In this document: one piece after another, positions 32,694 to 45,139 of the stretch
How the letters are laid out: each line of letters begins with the position of its first letter
Numbering within the stretch: position 1 is the stretch's first letter
Origin: Halocafeteria seosinensis
Lineage: Eukaryota
Length of the DNA stretch: 64,000 nt
Direction of reading: 5' to 3'
Assembly: GCA_001687465.1 (NCBI GenBank)
Contig: LVLI01000176.1
Coordinates: 1 to 64,000 of the forward strand
The notes under the pieces: model-generated
The model's database searches: none
What the model was told of the DNA's origin: nothing
Seen by the model: only the letters and a program-made list of their open reading frames with translations
Translations under genes and position numbers: made by a program

Positions 32694-34604
32694 TTACAAT
32701 AAGTCAGCAATATCCATGGGCATTTCTTCAATTTGGGTGTTGTAGAATTGCTCAATATCCTTCATGTATCGGATATCAGCGGTTGTGACGAAATTGATGG
32801 CTACACCTTTGCGGCCGAATCGTCCAGATCGCCCGATACGATGGATGTAGTTCTCACGGTTGGTGGGCAGATCGTAGTTGATGACCAACGAGACCTGCTG
32901 GACATCAATTCCACGAGCAAGGAGATCAGTTGTGATCAAGACACGGGTAGACCCACTGCGGAATTCCCTCATGATGAGTTCACGTTCGCGCATGTCCATG
33001 TCTCCGTGAGTAGAGGATACTGCAAAGTCTCGCTTTTGCATCTGCTCTGTTAACCAGTCGACTTTACGTCTAGTGTTGCAATAAATAATTGCCTGAGTAA
33101 TTGTGAGTGTTTCGTATAAATCACACAGCGTATCCAACTTCCATTCTTCCTTCTCGACAGCAATGTAGAACTGACGGATACCATCCAGGGTCAGTTCATC
33201 CTTCTTTACCAGAATTGTGGCAGGGTCTCGCATGAATTTCTTGGTTAAGTCTAGCGCTTCTTGCGGCATAGTTGCAGAGAATAAAGCTACTTGCATATCC
33301 TTAGGGAGACCACACGAGAAAATCTCGTAAATCTGGTCCTTGAAACCACGGTCCAACATTTGATCGGCTTCGTCCAAAACGAAAACTTTCAGTTTGTTCA
33401 GGCGCAACGCGTTTCTTTGGATCATGTCATACACACGGCCTGGTGTCCCAACAACACAGTGGACACCATCGCGCAGAACAGCGATGTCATCCCTGATGGC
33501 GGTACCGCCCACACATGCATGGACTTTCACCTTCATATATTCTCCCAAGGCGGAAATCACCTTTTGGATTTGCTGTGCGAGCTCACGAGTGGGAGCCAAC
33601 ACGAGTGCTTGGCATTCGGGCTCTGTTTCATCGATTGCTTTGAGCAAGCCGATGGCGAAAGTACCAGTTTTACCAGTACCAGACTGTGCCTGTGCGATGG
33701 TATCTCTGCCTTCGATGATTGGCATGGTGGCTCGCTGCTGGATAGCAGATGGCTTCTCGAAACCGTAGGCTGTTTAACAAAACAAACACATACATATTAG
33801 GTCAGAAAAGAGCTGGCGGTAACGGAAGGAAACTGAGGTGACTCCTTGAGTAGAGTTCAACGACCCTTTTCCAACCAGAACAATGTCCGGGAAATCAACG
33901 AGTACTAAACAGGACGAGCAACGAGTTCCCAATGCACTCATACAACGCTCAGCAAGAAAACCCCGAGAGGGGTAGGGCTTAAAACTCACCATAAATGCCT
34001 CGGAGGAGCTCTGCAAGTTCAAACAGGGAGCCAGAAGCAGTGAGCAGACAGATTAAACACGAGTATTCCGTTCCAACCACAGTCAACAGAGCGTCAGAGC
34101 TCTCTGCGAAGGCATGGAATCACCACTTACGTTCTTTTAATCCCATGTCATCGAAGTTATCGACTTCTTTGGTGTAGTTGGCTGCAAACAGCACATACAG
34201 AAAATATTTCATGAGGGCCTTATTCAAGCAATTTAAGAGCTTCCACGACAAAATCCATAAGCGCACGATAAGCTATATCATTCACCGAACAATATCAGAC
34301 ACGCATTTTCCGCCATCGTATATCGAAAAGAGCAAAAAAGAGTATGCGAGCACATGGCGCCCAGTGCTCCACTCATATGTTGCCCCTGGGATTTCCACTG
34401 CCCTTTGTGCACCCCCACCGGGAAATCGATGAGTCTTTTTGTAGTTCATCCGGGGGAGGAGGAGTCTCGTGTTTGAAAAAAAGTTGAAGCTTTTTGTACT
34501 TCTTCTCGGGGGGACTGTGTAGGGGACTTACTCTCCACCGTCACTTCCTTGGGCTGCTCGGGCACAGCAGTCTCTTCTTGAGGTTGGTTGGTTGCTTCAG
34601 ACAT
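32694..34604 (-). CDS. EIF4A: Eukaryotic translation initiation factor 4A (DEAD-box helicase), 4 exons
   Basis: Exons 34532-34604, 34131-34181, 33990-34010 and 32694-33769 give [45 protein letters not shown] and [13 protein letters not shown]. Confidence 0.97.
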
Positions 34605-35791
34605 TTTGAATGAATTCGAGGGCTAAAAAATAAAATTCACGGACAAATTATTTTTTAATAGGCGCGTTCAGGGAACAGTACACTTTGGTGCTAGGCTTTT
34701 ACAAAACTTTAGTTAGACGGACTATACGATAGAGAGGTGACACCCCCATTTTCTTGCCGGAACGGGCCCCGAGCCTCCCAACCCACGCCCGCCCGATCAG
34801 CGAATTCAAATCGACTCGGCTTAAATGATGTTAACGAGGTTTTCGAAGAGAACTAACTACCCACACCAAGTGAAAAGGAAACGGAATCCAAACTGCTGTG
34901 TTGTGGTATTAAGCTGGCGAAGCAGAAATGCTAGCAAGTCCCGTGTTCATACAACTCCTACAGTTGGTGTTTAAGTCACGATCATTTTATGACAACGTGT
35001 ACAAGTAATACGTCAAAGTTTGAGCATCATTGAATACAAGAAGTCGCAGGCGTCTTCTGATGAAGTTCTAAATCTCAGCACAGTCGGTACTCGATTCTCG
35101 CCCACCACAGGCGGACTACCGGTAAAACCAAGTTTGTAGCTTCACATGCTTTCTATATCCTTTGAATCACTTTTTAATGCCTCTCTCCTACAGAAACATC
35201 AAATCCTGATCTGAAAACCATTGGCACCCCAGCAAGCGATTCCTGATTTTGTGAACGTGCTGTTGCTAGCCGAGCAAACAAAGCGGCGACTTACCAGACC
35301 ATAGAAAGTCCTCGGCCATGGCTGTTGTTGCTACACTCACAAGTGTAGGTAAAGTGCGCGTAATAACCACTACTGGTGTCTTGTTATCGTGTTGAAGCTG
35401 CGAAGCACTCTGCTTGGGTGGCGGCGCTAAACCGTTTGGTTGAAAGTGGTAAGTATCTTCCCTTAGAAATGGCAAAAAGCATGGGTGGACTCTCCATGGG
35501 GGCATGTGAAGAGAAACAAAAAGACCGAGGGTATTGGGTTGCCCGAGGCCCTATCTGGCCATTACCATCAAGTGTGCAAAGGCGTTACTAGAGGACGAGC
35601 ATAACGGAAGGCAATAGTCTTTGCCCACTATCTGTGGCGACGGGTTCATTGCTTGGAATTGAATGTATGGTTTACTTACTCGATTCCCTTTAACTGTGTT
35701 GTGCAGCCACATTCGTGGGATAGTCCCTCTATTTTGGACTAAAAGGAACCTGGCCGGCTATATCGATTAACTATACACTTATTCAGCAACG

Positions 35792-38700
35792 ATGCCTTCT
35801 ATGTACACAAAGTTTGATACGAAGAGTGCCCGGGTGAAGGGGCTCTGCTTCCACCCAGTCCGACCTTGGGTGCTTTCGAGTTTGCACAGTGGAGCTGTTC
35901 AACTATGGGATTACCAAGTCGGTGTGCTAATTGAAAAGTTCGAAGAGCACGAAGGGCCAGTTCGAGGTGTAGACTTCCACAACAAGCAGCCGCTGTTTGT
36001 GTCGGGAGGAGACGACTACAAGATCAAAGTTTGGAACTACCAGCAACGGAAGTGCATGTTTACCCTCCTAGGCCATTTGGATTACATCCGAACTGTTCAG
36101 TTCCATCATGAATATCCTTGGATTGTTTCAGCTTCGGACGACCAGACGATAAGGATCTGGAACTGGCAATCCAGATCATGTGTTAGTGTTCTGACAGGGC
36201 ACAACCACTACGTGATGTGTGCCCAATTCCACCCCAAGGATGACTTGATTGTATCTGCTTCATTAGATCAAACTGTCCGAGTCTGGGATACCTCTGAATT
36301 ACGAAAGAAGACGGTTCGTAGTGGACCGATGGGTCGGGACTTGTTTGGAGCGGCTGACACTATCGTGAAGTATGTTTTAGAAGGCCACGATCGGGGTGTT
36401 AATTGGGCATCATTTCATCCTTCCCAGCCGTTGATTGTTTCTGGGGCCGATGACCGCTCTGTTAAGATATGGCGAATGGATTTTTCTAAGGCTTGGGAAG
36501 TAGACACACTCAGAGGGCATGTGAACAATGTATCATGCGTGCTATTTCATCCCAAGCATGACTTGATTATCTCCGATAGTGAGGATAAGAGTATCAGAGT
36601 GTGGGACTCTGCAAAGAGAATCCCTCTCCACAATTTTAGACGGGAAAACGACAGATTCTGGATCCTAGCTGCACATCCCCATCAGAACTTATTGGCTGCA
36701 GGGCACGACTCCGGTCTTCTTGTTTTCAAATTGGATCGTGAAAGACCTGCCTTTACTGGGGGTAACGGGCAAGTGTACTACGTGAAAGACCGGTTTCTTC
36801 GGCGAGCTGTTACTGCGGCAGGGTCCAATATCCCCTTATTTACCATTCGGAAGAATGGGTCTTCTTTCAACTCGGCTAATTCACCCCGATTTCTTCTGCA
36901 GAACCGGTTCAATCCCTCTGAAGAGAACATCATCATTTTTACTGTAAGTAGTGCTGTCTGTGCAGCCTCTGACTACTGGTCGATCGATGCACTTGTACAT
37001 GTTTGCAGCCCTCTGAAGGTGGAACTTATGATCTTTATAACTTTAATTCGAATTCGAACGAGCCTATACATGGCAGTGGTCTCTCTGTTGCATTTGTGAG
37101 CCGAAGTCGATACGTTACTTTATCGGGACGAAATGGCCGAGTCATCGATCTGCGAGACATGCATGGCACATCGTTGAAGCAAATGCCAGCTCCTTACCCC
37201 AATGCAGATCAATTGTTCCAAGCAGGGACTTCTGGTCGGGTGATGATTCGCGCTGGTGATAAGATTGGTTTGTTCGAGACTGGCCCTCGCCGTATTGTGC
37301 ACGAATTGCAAGGCGTGTCTGTTCGATACACCGCCTGGAATCAGGACTCGTCACAAGTGGCGTTGATCGGGAAGCATAGTAAGTGCTACGAAACATGGTA
37401 TACAGCTCTTGAAGACTATATCAGTTCGAAACGGTAATTGCAGCCGTGGTTGTGGCCGACAAAGAACTGAAACAAGTGTGTTCCGTCCATGAGACCGTCC
37501 GCGTGAAAGGAGCCGTTTGGGATGACAGTGGCATCTTGGTGTATTTGACAGCGAACCATATTAAATATTTGATACCGTCTAAGAAGTGAGTAGTGCAACG
37601 TAATGAGTATATTGCCATGTTATGCACGGTACTATTTGTTGCAGTGAGACGGGGATCATCCGGACAATTGAGAAGATTTTGTATCCTGTAGAAATCAATG
37701 ACAATACCCTGCATGCGCTTGATAGAACTGTAGAACTCCGTCAAGTGAAACTGGATATGACAGAGTGTCGCTTCAAGCAAGCGCTTATCTCAAAGAATTA
37801 TTCGGAAGTTTTGAAAATCATCGAGAGCGGTCGATTGTGTGGAAAAGCAGTTACGGCCTATCTGCGCAAAGCGGGTTTTGCCGAGGTCGCATTGATGTTC
37901 GTTGAGGATAATTCAACACGGTTTGATCTGTCGTTGGAATGTGGTGACATGCAAAATGCGTGCGATGCAGCCCAAAAGATTAACTCAAAACCTGTTTGGA
38001 CGAGGCTGGCCAATGCAGCCCTGAGGCTCGGCGAAATATCTGTAGTAGAACACGCGTACAGTATGATAGATGACAAGAGCAAGCTATCGTTTCTGTACGC
38101 CATTACTGGGCAATTTAACAAGCTTGGGAAACTAAACAAGAAAATAGGCGAAGAGGGTACTGCTTCCTCCATTTTGAACCAGTTCCAGAATGCCCTCGTA
38201 CTAGGTAACGCTGAAGAACGGGTAAATGTGTTGTCTAAGGTAGGCCTTCTGCCGTTGGCGTACATGTGTTCGTTGACTCATGGAATGCACGACAGTGCTG
38301 AGAAGCTGAAGGGGTACTTGGAGGAGGCAGATCTAGAAATTCCTTCCCTGCCCTCCAAGAATGGAAATGGTAACGTTGGTGCGTTGTTGTTCCCTCCTTT
38401 AGCAACGACAACCGTGCAGTCGTGGCCAAAGAAAGGCTCTGCTAAGTCTTTCTTTGACGAAGTAAATACCCAGCTCGCAGAAAGAGACGCAGGATTGGAC
38501 CAGAAAGGCAGTCCCGAAGCCGAAGCCGCCAATGTTTTTGCTGATGCCGGAGATCAGGATAAGGGTGCCACGAACGAAGGTACGGTGAGTGCTGCTCCGG
38601 CAGAACCTGCCTGGGGAGAGGATCTCGATTTGGGCCTCGAAGAGGAGGAAGAAACTGAAGTACCTGGCACCGATAAAGATGCCGAGGATGACTTTGGGAC

Positions 38701-39676
38701 AATCACTCCAGGGAGTTACGGTTATTCGCCACCGGAACCAGGCAAATCTTTCAAGAATTCCTGGATGGAGGGAAGCGTCCCTTCCAACCACGTTGCTGCC
38801 GGCAGTTTCCGTACTGCGATGGAATTATTGAACCGCCAGTTGGGCATTGTGAACTTCGACCCATTGCGCAGCATTTTTTTCAGCATATATGAAGGTGGCT
38901 TGGCTGTTGTCCCGTCTCTCCCAGGTATGCCGGGCCTTCCAGTGACTCTAACGAAGACTGTACCTGGGACTGAGAATGTCCCTGAAGCTGTATCTCCGTT
39001 CACTTCGAACACGTTAAGGCAGCATCTGCAGGAAGTATACAACTTTTTTGAGCATGGAAAATTCGCGGATGCCGATACCGTCCTTGACAAAATGTTCCGC
39101 ATTGCTCCTTTTGTAAACGTAGAAAGCGAAAGAGAGGCGGCACAGATCAAAGAGATAATCTCAGTAATGTCTCAATACAAGACTGCCTTACTTGTGGAGT
39201 TGACCCGGAAGACTATCTCCACGGATACGGACGAAGGAAAGATCCGTCAATTAGAACTAGCTGCGTACCTAACCCATTGCAATTTACAACCGAAGCATGT
39301 TATGCTAACGTTAAATTTGGCAATGTCATTGGCGTTCAAATTGGGCAATTATATCAATGCTGCCGGGTTTGCCCGGCGACTGAAGGAACTTCCGGATGCC
39401 AGTCACCCGAGTAATAGTCGCGCAGTGGAGAAGGCCAACAAAGTGATAAGCAATGCCAATAAGAAAGGAGGTAATGCTTTTAAGGACTTAAACTATGACG
39501 AGGACAAACCCTTCATGATTTGTCCTGCATCCTTGACTCCGATATATCCGGGTGAGCCGAGTGTCAAGAGTCCGTACTCGGGTGCCTCTTATAAAACTGA
39601 CTATAAAGGGCAAGTCTGCAAAGTGGATGGTATGGCCAAAATAGGAGAGGAAACTATAGGCTTAGTACTCATCTGA
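35792..39676 (+). CDS. COPA: Coatomer subunit alpha (COPI), 4 exons
   Basis: N-terminal [22 protein letters not shown]40 series, [18 protein letters not shown], and C-terminal [13 protein letters not shown]. Three GT-AG introns join the ORFs. Confidence 0.97.
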
Positions 39677-39995
39677 GCTTGCACGTCACTAGACTCTTTC
39701 ACCAAGCTTGAAGTTAGTATGGCTCGGACCGACCTACTTCTACTTAGAACAGTAGTCATGGAATAAATATATATTGTAGATTCGAAATCGCCATAATTGC
39801 TTTGCCTCGGAGTCTTAGCTGTACAACATAGACATGATAGATTCTACCGACAGAACCTCAAAGCCGTTTAAGCCATTCCGTTAGTGTCAAGCACACAACG
39901 GAAGCAACTAATCTTGCGCAGGCACGATAGGAAACGCTTGCATCAATCAGTATGCCGTAGGACAGTCGATCAAACAATCCAGTTAGCTTACAGCA

Positions 39996-42332
39996 ATGTC
40001 GTCTAAGAGCCAGAAAGAGTTTCAGAGCGTGGTCGATCAACGCCACTTGATCGATCCGCGACATCCCAAAAAGAATGACTTCGTCAACGCTACATCAAGC
40101 TCTGTGCCAGAATTTGCACTGTTCGTCGAGCGAGAGGTTGAGGATGCAGTCGAGGCATTGTAAGTCCACATCACGTCCAACATTCCAAGCAAGGAGCAAC
40201 GTCCACATCCTGTCCGTCATGTGCAGAAGAGTAGGACTGAAGCAAGACCAAACAGAAGCATGCCAGCGACTTAGCCGGATGGCTGTGCAGTCAAAGCTGT
40301 ACAAAGAAGCGATCCGTGAAATGCATGGTATTTACTATTTGCTAAAATTATGCAAAGAGAGCGACCTTAAAATGAAAGACGAAGCAGTAATTGCTTTACG
40401 GAACTGCTGCGCTTTCTCTAGTGCGAATCGAAAAAACTTTAAAGAGAACGGTGGAATTCACATTGTTGGAAATTTGCTTCGAAGTCATCACCCGGGAGTA
40501 GTCCTAAACACTGCTGCAACCCTTGCGAACATAACATGTAAGCTGCACCTACCGTCCGTGAGAGAAGCAACTGAACATTGCTGAATTCTTTCAATTTGCT
40601 GCAGACAATAACGAAGAAAACAAACATGCACTGCGCACAACCGGTGTTCTCGACGAGCTTTTCCGCATTGTTTCTTCATATGAGGATATGAGAGCAGCGC
40701 ATGCGGCAGCAGCAGTAAGTCCTTCGCAGAGTGTCGAGTACCTCAAGTTCGGTAATCAGCGACTCCTGCAGATTGCAAACGCCGTCGTACTTTGTCCAAT
40801 GAATAGGGAATACGTACTTCAAATAAAGGGAATCGCGCCCTTAATGCACTTGGCCAGAATTGGCATTGCGGACTCCAGAGCTCACGCTGTTCGCGCACTA
40901 GCTAACCTATGTGCGGAAGAGTAAGTAATTCCTTTGCAATTTTTCAAACACTTGAACACAGTTTTGCCAAAATCCGACAATATTGATTCCAGCGCAAGAT
41001 GCCGAAAGCGTGCTGTTAAATCGGGAATAATGGATGTTCTTGCCCACTTGCTCAACGAGGAAGGACAGTATGTTCAGGCTCAAGTGGCTGCTGCAATTGC
41101 TAATATGTCCCAATCTTCAGTTTCCTGTCGCCATCAAATTTGCGCAAGCGGTTGTATGGTGTCCTTAATCAGGCTACTCAACTTTCGGCAGAATACAGGA
41201 AACTGGGAGCTCAGGGAAAACTGTTGCAGAGCACTATGGAATTTACTGGTCGATTGCCCAGCTAACCGGAGGTTTCTTGTCCAGAATGGCGGTATTGAAG
41301 CACTAGTCGAAGCGCTTCGTGCTGACAACATCAAACTGCGAACTGCGGCAGCGGCAGCCATCAAGCATCTGTGTATCGACTATACTGAGGCCCAGGACTT
41401 AATTACCTCAGCAGGAGGACTGGAGCAACTGCTGCAGATTTATTTGTACAGTAGGGATTGCCAGCTTAAGCGTCACGCGCTTGGTGCTTTGATGGATCTC
41501 ACTTTTCAGAACCCAAGTGCATCGTTGCATCTAAGGAGAAACCAAGGTAAGTTCGAGTGGCTAGAAGGAATTCCGGTGCTGACTACGCAAGTGAGACACA
41601 ATGAGCATACGTCAAAAGCTGGCCAAGAAGCAAGTGTATACGTATCACTTCATGGAAACGAGGGCCATATGGACTCAAGTGTTGAAGATTCTGAGGGAGC
41701 GAATATTTCGAAACCGTCACTATGGAGGCCGGAGATGGGAGATAGTATGTTTGAAGCAGAGTCCATAAGCTCCGAAGAATCTGAGGACTACCTACATCTT
41801 GGATTAGCTTCAACTGCACAGAGCAGCATGTTTTCTTCATTCTCTGAGATAGAAAAGAGGCATAGTAAGCATCATTCCCTATGTTTAAACTCCAAAGAGT
41901 GCAGGTCTCACCATGTTGTTTCTTGTCGCAGAGTCGCCGTTTCAACCAGAAAAGCGGGAACGGGAAGAAAGCGTTCAATCGGTTTCGAGTTTACCCATGG
42001 TTACAACAAGCAAGTTGGCCTCGGTCTTCATGGAGGCCAAGATGACTGCCCAAAGCCAAGCTTCAAGGGAACTACAAAAAACTCGAAGCCGCTCCACGGC
42101 TGGAGAGGTACACGAAAAAGGGTTCTGGAGAAGACACTTGAAACCGCCACCAAATAGCGGACTTCACAAATTACTACGTCTAAGCAAGAACAGTTATGAG
42201 TATGCAAAAGATTTTCGTTCTCCGCTACATAGTCCTCTCCGCACGCGAGAAGCCGGAACGAGTCAAACAACTGGTGACGAGGAATTCTCCCGCAAACGCT
42301 CGACTAGCAGCTTGTCAGATAAAGAAATTTAG
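39996..42332 (+). CDS. Armadillo-repeat protein, multi-exon
   Basis: Repeated ARM motifs (GGIHIVGNLL, AAATLAN-like, GGIEALVEAL, AGGLEQLL). ATG 39996. A final intron (GTAAGC...TCGCAG) shifts into the 41913-42332 frame. Confidence 0.8.
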
Positions 42333-42860
42333 ACCACCAACCACACATTCTCCATATAGCTGTCTCTTTTCGAAACCATGTGGACGGTTGCAGTTGTATA
42401 GTGTATATTGCATTACCGAGCATTCACTTGTCGAATCGAAAACTGGCTGCACCTCCAGAAGTAACATTCTGATTCTTAGTCAAGTTTGACTGAATACCTC
42501 AGCTTATCGGGATACCTAATCGGCGACTTGAAACTACACGGTACGGTAGGCTACGGTCCACCCTTGTGTGACCACTCACGTAGGTGCATTCCTGAGGCTA
42601 GCTGAAACCACCGGTCACCCTCTGCGTCCTCGTTTGGTCCTGTTGCGGTATACACGAACGTATCACGACGGAACTGTATCTCTTTGCAACACAGACGGTT
42701 TCGAATTCCCGGGTGTATAATCCTGGGAGGGACAAAACGTAAATATTTGGCAGAAGCTGCCCAATGCCGTGGACTAGTATTTATCAATTTGGGATACTTC
42801 AATACATGCAGACAGGGTACCCAACGACAGAACGAGAAGCGCCGAGGCATTAGACACACA

Positions 42861-42999
42861 TTATTCGGACTAGCAGGTGAAAGTGAGTTCGGGCAGTTTG
42901 CCCAGGATTGTCAGTCAGCCTTTTGTGCGCAATTACGTCAAGCAGACAGTCGCACTATGCTCGAACAGACCTTATTCGGACTAACAGGTGAAAGTGAGT
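42861..42999. repeat. 28-bp direct repeat pair flanking an 83-bp segment with hairpin potential
   Basis: TTATTCGGACTA(G/A)CAGGTGAAAGTGAGT at 42861-42888 and 42972-42999, one mismatch. Confidence 0.9.
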
Positions 43000-43006
43000 A
43001 AAAATA

Positions 43007-43078
43007 TACTCCTGGTGGGGTTCGAACCCACGACCTCTGGTTCCGAAGACCAGCGCGCTTCCGCTGCGCTACAGGAGC
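43007..43078 (-). tRNA. tRNA-Arg (anticodon UCG)
   Basis: Cloverleaf: GCTCCTG/CAGGAGT acceptor, GCGC D-stem, CTGGT-CTTCGGA-ACCAG anticodon arm, GTGGG-TTCGAAC-CCCAC T arm. A T5 Pol III terminator follows at 43000-43004. Confidence 0.97.
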
Positions 43079-43394
43079 CCCATAACAGTGGTGATGACGA
43101 CCGCCACAAACATTTATAGTAGACTAGGACACTCACCGCAGCTTCCGCAAGCAGACGGTTTATACCAGATGAGGGTGCGTTTATCTTAGGTGTAAACAAT
43201 CACAGCTTTGCAAGTTCATCACACGTATGAAAGGCCCGCCCAGGCTGCTCTGAAGAAAGCCGTGTTCCGGGAAGGCGACCTTCACAAGGTCCTGCGGCTT
43301 CACGCGACTCATGTCACATGTAGTCTTCTATGCTTGCTGATTTACTGTATATCAGTTTCATCGCGGATTTCAGCATGTGGGTCTCTAACGGTGG

Positions 43395-44696
43395 ATGGTA
43401 ATGTCCCTACCACACTTGCGAAGTGCTCCGCTGATCCGCTGCAATAGCGGCGGGTATCGCATACGGTGCATTTGCAGACTATTTTGCCAGCTCAATACAG
43501 AACATGGTGGGGAAGCGAGACGGTCGAAACCTTTGAGCTACGGAGACAGTGTCACAGTACAAGTATGTCCAGATGGGCTACATGGTTCGAGCTGTAGTTT
43601 ATTCATTGGATAGGTTGTAACCCTGCAGCATCCGAACGGAAAGCGTTTCATGATAAGGCTGAAGGAAGATGGAGTATTTTCAACGCATAGAGGATCTATC
43701 AAACATAGAGATATCGTGGAACAGGGCATGACTTATGGTACCATCGTGAATAAAATAAAGGGGGGTAGAAAGCCAAGCATCTTCCGGTTGTTACGGCCAA
43801 GTTTCGAAGACATACCGTATTTTCCACGGAGCACTACACCGAGCTACCCAAAGGATTGCGCTACCATTGGACTCTTGCTAGATATTAGGGTGAGTCTTTC
43901 CGTGGCTCGCGTGGGATGAAGACTTGTCATCCTCATTCTTCTGCTACTACGAACCTTGAAACAGCCGGGACACCAAATCTTAGAAGCTGGAACCGGCCAT
44001 GGAGCCTTGACGACGTACCTCTCACGCACCGTTGGTCCTACTGGAAGCGTCTTTACATTGGAAAATCGACTCAAAGCATGGAGGACTCTTCAACATACAC
44101 TGCCTGCATACTATATCCGATACGTATTATCTCCTGAGGCAGCACGTAGCACGTCACCGGAGCCCGTATCGCAGTTTCCAAGTTTTACTGTAGGTAATAT
44201 TTCGTGCTACTACGGTTCTATAGATGATAGGGATGCTGGATCATGTAGAGAAGATCAGCCGATTGGGGACAATGTTAGTGAAGCTACTCAATTGAGGCAT
44301 GCCACGGAGCTACTGCCAGTGGACTCTACTTTTGATGGTATCGCCATTGATGTAATGGAGCCTTGGACATGCTTACAGACAGTTTCCGATCTATTGGTAG
44401 ATGATGGTGCAATAGTTTGTTTCTGTCCTAATGTCACTCAGGTACGTGCATTTCTTCGCGACGTCAATGCATCAGAGGATAACATCTGTTCACTTTTTGG
44501 CCAGGTGAGTGAAATCGTCAACACAATCCAAGAAAGGCAGTTGCCTCTTTGGGTTGAGAAAACTGTTGAGACTAGTCAGAAAACGTGGGATATACGGCCA
44601 CCTGTGAGCCGTCCCTCCTTGGAGCCAACGCAGCATACAGGCTTCGTGCTGCAACTTCGGCGTGTAGCGATGCGCGTAGCACTCGAAGACTCGTAG
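43395..44696 (+). CDS. tRNA (adenine-58-N1)-methyltransferase, TrmI/TRMT61B-like, likely mitochondrial
   Basis: FSTHRGSIKH, PRSTTPSYPKD, ILEAGTGHGALT, DVMEPW, FCPNVTQV and QHTGF motifs, with an R-rich N-terminal leader. Start approximate. Confidence 0.88.
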
Positions 44697-45139
44697 TATG
44701 CGTTTTTCTTTCTTTTTTTTGTCGGAGCAGTCAGTGTTGGAACGGGTGTACTGCGGTATAGTGTAGCCTTAAGAAATGAAAATGAAATGAATGAATGTGT
44801 CCGACTGCCAGTAGTGGTAAGTTTTCTGTGGTACCGGTAACTACTGTAGTTGCTTCCAACTGGCGACATGCAGTAACTGGCAAGGCATTCCGTGATATCC
44901 GCTACCACTGGTACTCCTATAGGTCCATTGCTTGTGAGGCAACGTAAACTCAGTAACGACTCGAGTGGAAGCGCCGGACCAGGTTGAAACTCTGCTTCCA
45001 CTTCAGGTTGTGAAACATCTCAAGACTTCAGTACACAGTGGGAGTTGTTTGCCTATAAGTGGAGGTTCATAATCTGGAGACGGACAGGAGATAACGAATA
45101 GCATTTTCAAGACATCAAGGAAGCCACAAAGTCCTTATC

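Noticed and set aside
32733..39150. Long antisense or overlapping ORFs within eIF4A and COPA (and similar ones elsewhere)
   Set aside because: Shadow frames of real coding sequence, with no recognisable motifs.
42861..42999. Mini CRISPR array
   Set aside because: Only two repeats, an 83-bp spacer, a eukaryotic context and no cas genes.
43007..44696. Functional linkage between tRNA-Arg and the neighbouring tRNA methyltransferase
   Set aside because: The enzyme looks organelle-targeted while the tRNA is a nuclear Pol III gene. Adjacency is probably coincidental in a compact genome.
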